Assembly (NCBI GenBank): GCA_052426225.1
Contig: JBNJNM010000023.1
Coordinates: 868,001 to 932,000 of the forward strand
Source: Zancudomyces culisetae HAW-14-8
Taxonomy: Eukaryota; Fungi; Kickxellomycota
Length of the DNA stretch: 64,000 nt
Reading direction: 5' to 3'
Each line of letters opens with the position of its first letter. The stretch's first letter is position 1. Below the pieces are notes generated by a model, which did no database searches, was not told where the DNA came from, and saw nothing but the letters and a program-made list of their open reading frames with translations. Made by a program: the position numbers and the translations under genes. Below, one piece after another: positions 26,806 through 38,239 of the stretch.

Positions 26806-27546
26806 ATGGCGCAAGGAACTGGCATGTTGTTTGTATATATTATAAGTTGGGGTGTAGTATTTGGAGCCTTTGTCCACTATTACCACAAGAAGAAGGCACT
26901 AGGTAAGTAGAAGGCAAAATAATGAAGGGATAGTGAACCTTGTAGATTTTACCAAATGTGCAGGCACTGAGAATGGAATACATAAATGTTATTTATAGCA
27001 CTGTTGAAATTGGAGGCATATTTTCCGACACATCCGTCGCGTGATTTATACTATAATCTCCTTGAAATGCACGAAAAGGATAGTAAAACAGTCTCAGTAC
27101 CAATGCTACAAGCCGCGCTTATCAAGCGGGCAACGGATGATGTAATAAGGGCAGTAACATTACAAACAAACAAACAAAGTCTCAACTCTCTGGTGACTTC
27201 TGGGGCGATTTCCCAGGATCTGTTGCACCAGTTCAATTCGGCAGAAGCTGAGCTTGAAACCGAAATGGCAACAGTTCAGGAAGAAGCAGAAATGTTAGTA
27301 AAGGGTATGGGTGCATGGGTATTTCAAATCAGCTCAGAGCTTTTAGGCAATTGCCGACAGCGTGAACTCCGTGAAGAGGTATTAAGAATGGAGATTGAAA
27401 ATCTGACACTTTACCACAAATTCCATCAGTCTGACGCAAAACCAACTCCTGAAAGAGTATTGAATACCGAGGCTGGGGAAACTCCTCTTCAAGAGTCAGG
27501 TGCAGGATCGAGTACAATGAAAAAAAGGGTTAGCAACTCGAACTAA
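26806..27546 (+). CDS. SEC66: Sec66/Sec71 subunit of the Sec62/63 translocation complex, 2 exons
   Basis: Exon 26806-26902 encodes the N-terminal TM helix; intron 26903-26998. Then YFPTHPSRDLYY...LQAALIKRATDDV...GAISQDLLHQF...VQEEAE. Confidence 0.85.
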
Positions 27547-27863
27547 CAGAAATATGATATCTGTATTATCTCTTATTTTTTCATCCTTTTTTCACATCCC
27601 TTTTTGTTTATTAGTGCGTTTTGGGTATTTTTTGTTTTTTTTTTTTAGGGGAAGGGGAGCTAAAAAAAAAGAATTGGAGGTACATTTAACCATCTTATGA
27701 ACTGGTTAGTGATTTTATATCTATAAATACCGCTATCAGCAGTGAATAAAAAATAAATGATATGTTTTATTGTGTTAAAATTGAAACAAATAAGAAAAGA
27801 TGCCAAATAATACTTGTATATCTTTTTTTTGAAAAAAAAGATACTGTAGGTCGTAAAGCCAAT

Positions 27864-28970
27864 CTATTGCATACTACTACAAAATGATTGGGCCCAGTAT
27901 TGACCAGATTTGGCCCATCCGAGCCATTCATAATTACCTAGAATGTTTGCACGATGTCCAGGTGAATTCATCCACGCCCTCATAGCTCCAGCAACATCAC
28001 CATTGAGGGAAGCGACATTTTCAGCGATCCCACTACACTTGACCTTGGAGGCTTCAAATCGCTGGCGTAATGAGCTATATCCGCTGTGATCATGGGTTAA
28101 TGTTTTCTTTGAATCCATGTATTTGGCTTGATTCATTGCTGCCGCGTTCATATTTGGTGCAAGTTTGAGTGGTGGCTTTCCAGCACTTTTGCGGGCACTA
28201 TTGACAGCATTTAGCATTTCTGTATCCATAGAACTGGATGGTGCTGCTGAAGACGATGAAGGTGCCTCTACTGCCGCTGCTGAATATCCAGATTGTATTC
28301 TGTTTTGTTGTGTTAGCTGCTCTGGGGTAGTTGATACGGGTTTTCCAGCAGGGGTTGGTTGCACTCCTGCTAATGGCTGAGATACAATAGAAGTACGTAT
28401 TATAGGAGCTGTTCTTGGTGTATATATAGCCCTTGTATGTGGTCGATGACGTCTTGATCCATGTGATTTAGGGGCAGCGTACTTAGAAAATGCAGGTTGC
28501 TGGTATTGTTGTAATATATCCCCATTATTATTACTATTCATGACATCAATCTCATATGGTGTATTGTATGCGGGTGTTGGTTGCGAATCAGTACGTCGTA
28601 CCTTTGTAGTTGGCGCTTTTCCATATCTGGAGTAGGTATGCACAACCTGGCCATTCTTTTGGGTCATTTGTACCAACCGGTAACCAGACGACTTTGGAGC
28701 AGAAGAACCACCTTTTGGTTGTGCTTTTGGTTGTGCTTTTGGTTGTGCTTTTGGTTGTGCTTTTGGTTGTGCTTTTGGTTGTACTTTTGGTTGTGCTTTT
28801 ACAGGCTTTGATCCTGATCCTGATGCTGGTTTTACAGTTGGGGGTTTGGTTGTGGTGGTTCCTGCACGTTGTAGCAATCTATTACCTGAATTATTACTGT
28901 TTACATTGATAAGGCTTGCTGACGTGATACCAGCTGATACCAACAAACAATATCCAATAGTGATCTTCAT
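27864..28970 (-). CDS. Secreted CAP/SCP-domain protein, copy 1
   Basis: Signal peptide, PKAQ repeats and KVRR. C-terminal CAP domain: MLNAVNSAR...THD...AENVA...WMNSPGHRANILG. Confidence 0.9.
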   Translation of the reverse strand: MKITIGYCLLVSAGITSASLINVNSNNSGNRLLQRAGTTTTKPPTVKPASGSGSKPVKAQPKVQPKAQPKAQPKAQPKAQPKAQPKGGSSAPKSSGYRLVQMTQKNGQVVHTYSRYGKAPTTKVRRTDSQPTPAYNTPYEIDVMNSNNNGDILQQYQQPAFSKYAAPKSHGSRRHRPHTRAIYTPRTAPIIRTSIVSQPLAGVQPTPAGKPVSTTPEQLTQQNRIQSGYSAAAVEAPSSSSAAPSSSMDTEMLNAVNSARKSAGKPPLKLAPNMNAAAMNQAKYMDSKKTLTHDHSGYSSLRQRFEASKVKCSGIAENVASLNGDVAGAMRAWMNSPGHRANILGNYEWLGWAKSGQYWAQSFCSSMQ

Positions 28971-30448
28971 TTTTGTTTTTTAGATTGATATTTTATAATT
29001 TGATGGCGATGATAATGATACTTGATAATTGTATATACAAAATCTAACTTGAGTGGTTTTATGAATATTTGTAGAGTGTACTTATGTCTATGCTTTTTGA
29101 ACGTTGTGGTTAAATGATAAAAATAATGTCTATAAATGAGTGAAAGGAGTGTATGATAAACTACAAAATGAATGCGTCATTGTTGGGTTTATATACTTGT
29201 GGTCTACTTGGGCATTTTTTTATTTTCAGTTATTAGCTAAATTCTTTTCTACTACTATTACTATTATTATAAAAGTGTTTTCTTTATACTTTAAGATGTT
29301 GAAGTTGGTGGCGGTGGTAATGGAGCTAAAGATTAATATATACTAACAACTAAATACTGAGAAAAGAACGAGGAACGGGTGCAGGAGAAAAGAGGAGGAA
29401 CGAGGATAAAGGGGAGGTGTAATGTTTATCGTGGATGCCAATTTTACAGGATATAAGTTATGGTTGCTGGTTAGTAGATTATTTTTTTCTATTGTATCTT
29501 TAACATTTTTTATAGACAACAATAAATTAATGAGAATATAACTAAAAAGAGGAAAGCGGAATAAAAGTTATGAGTGTATGATTGTATATAGTGGAAGTGA
29601 AGAAGTGTGGAAGGGTGATCTTTGAAAGGATCTGTGAGAGATGCATAGCCAACTGAATGCATGTATTCATAATTTCGCGCTTTTTTCCGTTTATAAATCA
29701 AAAACATTATTATGCATAAAAATCCATTTTTTTAGAACGGTGCTTTGATGTGGTCTACCGAGAATCTTTAGAGCAATAAAAAAAAAGGCAAAACAGGAAA
29801 ACCGAGTTTATGCAAAGTGATCATTTTGAAAATGTGTGGCTATCACATAAAACCAGGCACTTTTGCCACCGTTATTTACTGCAAATAGGCAAGTATGCAT
29901 TAGATATAAAAAAAGGAGGTTGGAGATTTAATTGCTCACAATATTGCATACACTTGTAGGATTGTAAAAATTCGTGGACTACTTTTAGAAACAGAGAAAA
30001 CGACGTAAGAATTTTGAATATCATGAAACTGCGAGAAGGAAAGGGGACTCTCTGCTTAATAGTTGATATTTGATCGTCAAACTGAAGTACTGTGTTGGCG
30101 TCCCAAATGTGCTGGTCCAAGGTATTATAACCTTCTCTCTTTGGCCTCTTTGGCAGTATAAAGAGTAGAAACCCCATTCTGACATCTGACATCTGACATC
30201 CGAATACTACACAAGACGTCTAGAAATGCATAATCGGGTCTTTAAACAATGATTGAACGATATAGTGTTTATTAGCAATCACCTATGTATTTATGTTTTT
30301 TTTGATTGATGAACTTATTTACTACGTATTTATGCTATTAAAGTTTATGTCGCTTAAAAAAATGCCAAAAATATGAAACACAGAGAAAATTCAAAATTGG
30401 GTCATAACTAATATTAAAAAACAAATTTGTGGATTATGTAACTGGCTC

Positions 30449-31750
30449 CTATACCATACCACTACAAAATGTTTGGGCCCAATAAGACCCATACTTGGCC
30501 CATCCAAACCATTCGTAATTGCCCATGATATTTGCACGATGCCCAGGTGAGTTCAGCCACATGGCCATAACATTAGAAACAGTACCTTGAGGATGAACAG
30601 CAACATTTTCAGCAATTATGTCACAATCGACCTTAGAGGCTTCAAACCGAAGACGGAACGAGCTATAGTTGGCGTTGTCGTGGGTCATCGTTTTTATCGA
30701 ATCCATGTATTTGGCTTGATCCATTGCTGCCGCGTTCAAATTTACATGAATTTTGAGTGGTGGCTTTCCATTGCTACTGCGAGCGCTATTGACGGCATTT
30801 AACATTTCTGTTTCCATAGAACTGGATGGTGCTTGTGCTGTTGGAGGTGGTGGTGACTGTGCTTGTGGTGTTGATGGTGCGGGTGCTGGAACTGGGGCTG
30901 GAACTGATGCTGAGTTTCCAGATTGTATTCTGTTTTGTTGTGTTTGTTGTGTTTGTTGTGTTTGTTGTGTTTGTTGTGTTTGTTGTGTTTGTTGTGTTTG
31001 TTGTATTTGCTGTGTTTGCTGTGTTTGTTGCGGTTGTTGCGGTTTTTGTGCTGGAGTAGTATATACAGGCTTTGCAATAGGTGTTGGTTGATTGTTACAT
31101 TTTGGTCGAATTGTAACAGGACTGCGTGTAAGGAAGATTGTTTTTGTTGAACAAGCAGGTTTTCTAGGTGGTTGATAGCGCCTCGGATTGTATGCGTTGG
31201 GTATAACATTGTTAGATAATCCAAGTTGTTGTTGTTGTTCTTGTTTTTGTTGTTGATTTGACTCCAATGTATCGTTACCAATATTATCACTATCACTATC
31301 ACTATCGCTATCACCATCGCTATCACCATTACTATCACCATTGCCATCACTATCATTACCACTACTATTGTCATTAATATTATCATCATCGTTATTTTGA
31401 ACGTTATATCCAGGTGTTGGTTGCGAATCAGTACGTCGTACCTTTGTAGTTGGCGCTTTTCCATATCTGGAGTAGGTATGCACAACCTGGCCATTCTTTT
31501 GGGTCATTTGTACCAACCGGTAACCAGACGAATTTGGAGCAGAAGAACCACCTTTTGGTTGTGCTTTTGATTGTGCTTTTGCAGGCTTTGATCCTGATCC
31601 TGATGCTGGTTTTACAGTTGGGGGTTTGGTTGTGGTGGTTCCTGCACGTTGTAGCAATCTATTACCTGAATTATTACTGTTTACATTGATAAGGCTTGCT
31701 GACGTGATACCAGCTGATACCAACAAACAATATCCAATAGTGATCTTCAT
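30449..31750 (-). CDS. Secreted CAP/SCP-domain protein, copy 2
   Basis: Same N-terminus as copy 1, DS and TQQ repeats, CAP domain with WLNSPGHRANIMG. Confidence 0.9.
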   Translation of the reverse strand: MKITIGYCLLVSAGITSASLINVNSNNSGNRLLQRAGTTTTKPPTVKPASGSGSKPAKAQSKAQPKGGSSAPNSSGYRLVQMTQKNGQVVHTYSRYGKAPTTKVRRTDSQPTPGYNVQNNDDDNINDNSSGNDSDGNGDSNGDSDGDSDSDSDSDNIGNDTLESNQQQKQEQQQQLGLSNNVIPNAYNPRRYQPPRKPACSTKTIFLTRSPVTIRPKCNNQPTPIAKPVYTTPAQKPQQPQQTQQTQQIQQTQQTQQTQQTQQTQQTQQTQQNRIQSGNSASVPAPVPAPAPSTPQAQSPPPPTAQAPSSSMETEMLNAVNSARSSNGKPPLKIHVNLNAAAMDQAKYMDSIKTMTHDNANYSSFRLRFEASKVDCDIIAENVAVHPQGTVSNVMAMWLNSPGHRANIMGNYEWFGWAKYGSYWAQTFCSGMV

Positions 31751-33595
31751 TTTTGTTTTTTAGATTGATATTTATGAAATGTAAATATGCAAAAATGTAG
31801 TGAAATGGTTTTATGAGTGTGATTGTAGTTATGGTATTTGAAACAATGCTATGAAATAAATCAAAATGATGTTTTAAATTTATGAAAGTAATGTGTGATA
31901 AGCTACAAAAGCAATGCGTCATTGTTGGGTTTATATACCTGTGGTCTACTTTAACATTTTGCTGTTTTCAATTAATAGTAAAAGTTTTTTCTTTCTTCGA
32001 TACTAATGTTAATAACATCGTTTAATCATAGTTTGTGGTACTAGAATTGATGGCGGTGGTGAATGAAGCTAAAGGTTAATGATGAATAGGTATTTAACTA
32101 TCCAATAATTTGGGAGAGTGAGAACGTGTAATGCTTATTGTGGATATAGATTTATAGGATATTGAACATTGGATATAGGATATTGGATATAGGATATTGG
32201 ACATAAACTATAGTTGCTGGGTTGATAAATAATTATGGATTTTTATTTGATCCAAATTAATGTAACAAGGCATTGTGATTTACAAAATTTGAAACAACAA
32301 AAAAAAGAAATGGCATGAATGAGGAAGAAATGTAAAAGGTACCACCTGGTGTTTTATGCAAATGGGTAGGTTGTGGAAAGATTACTATGACTAATTGCAT
32401 GAAAACCATGAATTAGTAGAGTGACCACCAATGTACTAGAAATTGTATACTACTAATGATCATAGGGGTCCCAATGTTTAATTATTATTCTTTTGCTCGA
32501 CCAATGCATTAAAAGTACCACAAATAACTGCTGAAAATTAAAGGGGGGGCATACATAATAATACATTTAACCAACATTATCCCCTGTTCAGCAAAAGTTT
32601 GTGGTAACAAAAAAAAATGGGTTTAAGGAATTAATGTTTTTGAATGTAGTAGATGGTTTGGTTCACAGTTTGTTTCTTTGTCTGTTTGATTGAGGCTTTC
32701 AAAAATAATATCTCCATTCAAGATTTATTGTGGGAAAAATAGTTTATAGTTGTTGAAAATTATAAAATTCTGTATTGATATCGATAACTAGATATCTAAT
32801 GTAACTATGCATACATATACTTACACAACTATTAAGTCATAAGAAAAACTAAATTATTATGCTGGTATCTTGATCTTTTTGTGGTAAAATATGTACTGTA
32901 AATAATGCCAAAAGTGTATAAAGCTCCAAATTGCGAGAAGTCTGGTAAATGTTTGTAAATATAATTCGTGACTGATATAGTACGTAGTTAATAAACGAAC
33001 AATTGAATCTAATAAAATATCAATTACTTTCGGCTAATACAGGGATGTTGTTACATTATACAGCAGTGCATTGTTTAGATCTTTAAATAGTAAAAAAGAT
33101 AGTAAAAGCTAGTGGATAATTTTTTCGAACTAATAAAAAATACATTAGAAAGTTAAAATTGTAGAATTTCGAGGAGAGAGGAAGAGGAGCTCTTGGCTGA
33201 ATATTTTGACACTTTAGTGTCAATCTGAGTCATTAAGTTGGAGTCACAGATAAGATTTATTGAATTGGTATCATTCGATACTCAGGTATTCATCCACAAT
33301 CTTGTACTCACTTTTCTCTCACCTCCCTCACTTTGACCTCTTTGGCATTTCAAAGACTAGAAACCTCGATTTCACATCCAAAAGTTAGAAGCAGATAGTT
33401 GAGAGGTAAAGATATTGGGTATACGTATATTTAAATGCTTATTAATAATTACCAGTGTAGATAGCTATTAAAATGGTATCTTCACAAAAAAAAAAAGTAA
33501 AGAATGAAAGAATGAATAAATGAATGAATGCCAAATTTTTATACTTTTAATATACTATAACTAAACAAAAAGCAATAATGTTTTAAAAAAAATCC

Positions 33596-34759
33596 CTATT
33601 GCATTTGCTTACAAAAAGTTTGAGCCCAATAATCCCCATACTTGGCCCATCCAAGCCATTCAAAATCGCCTAGGATATTTGTACGATGACCAGGCGAGTT
33701 CATCCACATGTTCATGACAATATCAACGTTACCACTAGGATAAGTAGCGACGTTTTCACCGAATAACATACACTTGGCGTTAGAAGCAAGAAACCGTTCA
33801 CGTATTGAGCTGTAGTTGGCGTTGTCGTGGGTTAATGTTTTCGTTGAATCCATGTATTTGGATTGTTCCATTGCCACTGCGTTCAAATTTGAATAGATTT
33901 TGAGTGGTGGCTTTCCATTGCTACTGCGAGCGCTATTGACAGCATTTAACATTTCTGTTTCCATAGAACTGGATGGTGCTTGTGGTTGTTGTGGTTGTTG
34001 TGGTTGTTGTGGTTGTTGTGGTTGTTGCGGTTGTTGTGATTGTTGTGGTTTTTGTGCTGGAGTAGTATATACAGGCTTTGCAATAGGTGTTGGTTGATTG
34101 TTACATTTTGGTCGAATTGTAACAGGACTGCGTGTAAGGAAGATTGTTTTTGTTGAACAAGCAGGTTTTCTAGGTGGTTGATAGCGCCTCGGATTGTATG
34201 CGTTGGGTATAACATTGTTAGATAATCCAAGTTGTTGTTGTTGTTGTTGTTCTTGTTGTTGATTTGACTCCAATGTATCGTTACCAATATTATCACTATC
34301 ACTATCACTATCGCTATCACCATTACTACTACTGTTGTCACTATCACCATTACCATCATTGTTTTGAATGTTATATCCAGGTGTTGGTTGTAAATCAGTA
34401 CGTCGTACTTTTGTGTGTGGAGGTCTTTTGTATTTAGAATAGACTTGTACAACCCGATCGTTTTTCAGGGTCATTGGTGTCAACTGATAACTTGCGTTAT
34501 TTGGTTGTACTTTTGACTGTGGTTTTGATATTACATTTTGCTGCACATTTGGTTGTGTTTGTATAGGTCTTGGTGCCAACCCAAGCCCAGGCCCAGGTCC
34601 TGATCCTAATCCTGATCCTGATCCTGATCCTGGTCCAAGTCCTGATGCTGTATGTTGCAACAAGTTGTTACCTGCATCATTTTTGTTCATATTGATAAAA
34701 CTCGCTGATGTAATACCACCAGCTGATACCAACAAACAATACCCGGTAATGATCTTCAT
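33596..34759 (-). CDS. Secreted CAP/SCP-domain protein, copy 3
   Basis: Signal peptide, GS/GP, DS and PQQ repeats, CAP domain with WMNSPGHRTNILG. Confidence 0.9.
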   Translation of the reverse strand: MKIITGYCLLVSAGGITSASFINMNKNDAGNNLLQHTASGLGPGSGSGSGLGSGPGPGLGLAPRPIQTQPNVQQNVISKPQSKVQPNNASYQLTPMTLKNDRVVQVYSKYKRPPHTKVRRTDLQPTPGYNIQNNDGNGDSDNSSSNGDSDSDSDSDNIGNDTLESNQQQEQQQQQQLGLSNNVIPNAYNPRRYQPPRKPACSTKTIFLTRSPVTIRPKCNNQPTPIAKPVYTTPAQKPQQSQQPQQPQQPQQPQQPQQPQAPSSSMETEMLNAVNSARSSNGKPPLKIYSNLNAVAMEQSKYMDSTKTLTHDNANYSSIRERFLASNAKCMLFGENVATYPSGNVDIVMNMWMNSPGHRTNILGDFEWLGWAKYGDYWAQTFCKQMQ

Positions 34760-36350
34760 TATTTGTTATTTGTTTTTTGTTTTTTACACTTCTTTTTTAT
34801 TGTGCGGATGTTATTCGATTGATGTTTACGAAATGTATGTATAAAATGCAAATCTGAATGATTTTATGAATGTATGTAGAATATAGAATGTAGAATGTAA
34901 AATGTAATTGCAGATATGCTACTTGAAATATTGCAAATGAAACAATTGAAAAAGCTGTTGTATATGATAAACAACTAAATTAAGGATGGGGGTTGTTGTT
35001 GGGTTTATATACTTGAGGGTTTAGTAAGTACATAATATCATGTTTTCAGATAGTGGTTAAAGTAAATTAGTGTTATACTTATTATTATTGTTTGGTTATT
35101 AATATTATTGTTTAGATATTAATGTTATTGTTTAGATATAATTTGAGGTGTTTGAACTGATGGCGGTGGTAAACAAAGCTAAAGGATAATAGGTACTAGC
35201 TATTTAAAGTTGCAGGTTAGATGGAGAAAGAAGTGTAATGCTTGTGGAGAGTAAAAAATATTACAGGATATAGATTATAGTTTTTGCGTTACTACATAAA
35301 CTGAGTTTTTATTTGCGCCAGATTATTGTAACTGAGCTTAACGATTTATTGAATATTTGGTACAGTATAAAAAATAATAATGACAATGGAAATGACAGGT
35401 ACCCAGCATTTTATGCAAAAAGATAAATTGTATGATTATTGTTACTAATGGCTAAATTCGCATGAAAATGAAGATATAGTTGTTATTATTGCACTTGCCA
35501 TTATGCTCTACAAATGATCTAAAGATGCTAATACTACTACAACTACAACTACAACTATTGTTATTATTGTTATTATTATAGTTATTATTATTATTTTGCT
35601 TGGTGAATTACAAATTCAATACCATACAAAACTATAGAAAAAATTAAAGCATGCATAGCATTCTATTTTATCAATGTCATCCCGTTCCAATAAATAATTT
35701 AGTGATAAGTTATGGAAATGTATTAAAAGGTTTAAAGGCTTAAGAGTTTAAAGGCATAAGGGTTTAAAGGCATAAGGGTTTAAAGGCTTAAGAGTTTAAA
35801 GGCTTAAGAGTTTAAAGGCTTAAGGGTTTAAAGGCTTAAGAGTTTAATAGTTTGTATTCAATAGCTGATTTGATTGATAATGTTGTTTGTATAGCCTATA
35901 CTTTTAAAATGGACTAACTTGTATCTATGATTCCTCATTAAATAATATGTTGTAAATTGTAAATCAAACGATTTAAATCCGACATGAATACCTTAGATAG
36001 TTAATATAAAAAAGATATATAAAAGCTAATAAATAATAGTTAAAAACAATACTATGGTACTGTTATTATTTATTTTTATTTTAGTAGTGTGTATGTTGTA
36101 GTAATATCAAAAGTAATCAAAAACCTGAAAACAGAATCAGTAAGATATGTCATAAAAACTGGTATGAACAACTTGTAAGTTGGAGTATTTAGACAAATAT
36201 TAAATATACTTTACTGTTTATGAATCATGTAAATGACACATATAAACCATAAATAATTTATAAAAGCTTTAGAAATGAATAAACGATTAAATGCTAAAAA
36301 AAACTACAATAGAATTGTAGTGAACCGAGGAGGAGGGGAGAGGTGTTAAA
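33900..36350. repeat. Tandem duplication unit, near-identical to ~58136-60600 (CAP 5' part plus ~1.6 kb upstream)
   Basis: Direct comparison shows near identity apart from microsatellite and minisatellite copy number. Confidence 0.9.
35731..35842 (+). repeat. 16-bp minisatellite TTTAAAGGC(T/A)TAAG(A/G)G x7
   Basis: Counted directly. The paralogous array at 59949-60092 has 9 units. Confidence 0.85.
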
Positions 36351-36714
36351 TTATGCTTCACTTATCCAGATACAATTATGTGTGTACCAATCTTTATTAT
36401 AAATCGAAAATTCTTTCCTAGATACTATTTTTATCGATTAATCCATTACCTTAAAATTTGGTAAAAAATTAAATCGATAAAAAGAGTGTTTAAATTTAGA
36501 AACTTTATACGTAATGATGTGTGTAATGACAGACATCACTGTATAATATTTATAAAATAAGTAAAACTAACTAAATAAAGTAAATTTAAACCATATATAA
36601 ACTGATGTCTCCTGTTTCCTGATGAATCTTTACCATCTTTTCTTTCGCTAGGTACTCAACCAGCTTATAAAAAATACATAGTATTTATAAAAGTCATTAG
36701 TTAAATTTTCAATA

Positions 36715-37596
36715 ATGAGTCAAAATGCAAACGTTACAGTTGAAGTTTTGCAACAGATTTTGGAGAGATTATCAGCTCTTGAAAAACAAACCGCACCAAA
36801 TGATCACATGTCAGTATCAGAAATCAGTGATTCAGCAAACATCACTGCTCCATCAATCGTTGATGCAGTCGACGATGATTCAGTTGAAAACTTCGTGGTT
36901 CCCAGACCAACACCATCAGACCTGGTCATGTATCCAAAACTGCAAAAGGCGCTACCAACAGTTGAACAGGATTTCTTTTGGACACCACTGGCAGATGTCA
37001 AACGCAAGAAGTTTTATGCAGCCATCCGAAGAAACTCTGGCATGGATTATGAACCACCAGAGGAAAACATCAAGTTATCAGGTGACAATAAACGTACTGA
37101 TGCGATGTTATATGACATCCAGTACCGTTTATCAGCCGTTACAAGACCTTTGGATTACTTTATGCACGAAGTAATCCGTGACGGGGGAGCAGTCAGTGCC
37201 GAAAAACTTGCAGTTTTAATCAACTCAATCAGAGTTTTACTTGCGGATGTTGCATCCAATATCACGCAACAAAGAATCAAACTGTCATACAAAGCCTCAG
37301 GAGTACCATCAGATTCTCCAAAAATGGCTTCATCATCAAAGAAGCCTCTCGTGGACATACAGCAGATGCTCGAAGTTAAAGCAGCAGCAAATACATTGCA
37401 GCGTGCAACAAAAAATGTGCAGCAGAGAAGACCAAGATTCAACGCAACCAGGACCTTCCCAAGCATTCTGTTTCAGCCATCAGTTAACCAGAATGTTCAA
37501 GCAGAGCCGCAACAGATCCAGCAACAACGACAACACAAATCCGCTCCTACTGGCGGTAATTTTCGGTTTGCAAACAGCAGCAAACACCGAAAGTAG
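36715..37596 (+). CDS. DIRS ORF1 (gag-like)
   Basis: 293-aa ORF directly after the left ITR, with DAMLYDIQYRLSAVTRPLDYF. Its end overlaps the start of the RT frame. Confidence 0.75.
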   Translation: MSQNANVTVEVLQQILERLSALEKQTAPNDHMSVSEISDSANITAPSIVDAVDDDSVENFVVPRPTPSDLVMYPKLQKALPTVEQDFFWTPLADVKRKKFYAAIRRNSGMDYEPPEENIKLSGDNKRTDAMLYDIQYRLSAVTRPLDYFMHEVIRDGGAVSAEKLAVLINSIRVLLADVASNITQQRIKLSYKASGVPSDSPKMASSSKKPLVDIQQMLEVKAAANTLQRATKNVQQRRPRFNATRTFPSILFQPSVNQNVQAEPQQIQQQRQHKSAPTGGNFRFANSSKHRK

Positions 37597-37917
37597 GAGG
37601 GAGACTGATGATGTTTCAGGAGGCTTGGATGCGCCTCACGGATCACAAATGGATACTCCAAGTGACTTCAGAAGGGTTCAGAATCCCCTTCAAAACGCAT
37701 CCACGACGGTCAAGCAGAAAAAACCGTTAGGTTACAACTTGAAAAAGCTTCCAGAGAAAGTGGTCAAACAGGAGATAGCAAACCTCCTGTCAAAGAAAGC
37801 AATAGAAGAAGCTTCATCCGCGCAGTCAGGGTTCTACTCAAATTCGTTTACAATCCCAAAGAAGAACGGAGGCACGCGGATGGTACTGAATTTAAGACCT
37901 TTAAATCAGTACATCCC
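37593..37917 (+). pseudogene. DIRS reverse transcriptase, 5' part (frameshifted, interrupted by element A)
   Basis: VGGRLMMFQEAW...WILQVTSEGFRIPF, a frameshift near 37700, then GFYSNSFTIPKKNGGTRMVLNLRPLNQYIP. Confidence 0.85.
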
Positions 37918-38227
37918 TGTCACGATTGACACTAGGTACTATTGTTGCTTGAAAATATTTTATTTAGGATAAGATAATATTTTATCGCTAAGGATTTCAT
38001 AGCGAAAATTATTCTTTATATATTCAATAAATATTACTAATAAAAACATGTACTAATATTATAATTAACTATTGTAAGATTAATGTTATAATTATAATTT
38101 TGGTTTTGTGTTAGTATCATTACTTAAGTAAATGATTAAAACAACAAATGTTTCAATTAAAATAAGTGTTTTGAAACAGTATTGTAACAATACTAATTCA
38201 AAATCTTTTCATGTCATATTCATGACA
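37918..38227 (-). repeat. 3' LTR of chromovirus A (310 bp)
   Basis: TGTCA...TGACA ends. Differs from 54595-54906 by 4 substitutions and 2 indels. Confidence 0.92.
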
Positions 38228-38239
38228 TTACTCCCTCTT

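Noticed and set aside
30753-31494. Cys-, Val- and His/Asn-rich ORFs overlapping the CAP genes (also near 33900, 58136 and 61195)
   Set aside because: Alternative-frame or antisense readings of Gln/Pro/Asp-Ser codon repeats.
35731-35842. CRISPR-like array
   Set aside because: Head-to-tail repeats without unique spacers, in a eukaryotic context with no cas genes.
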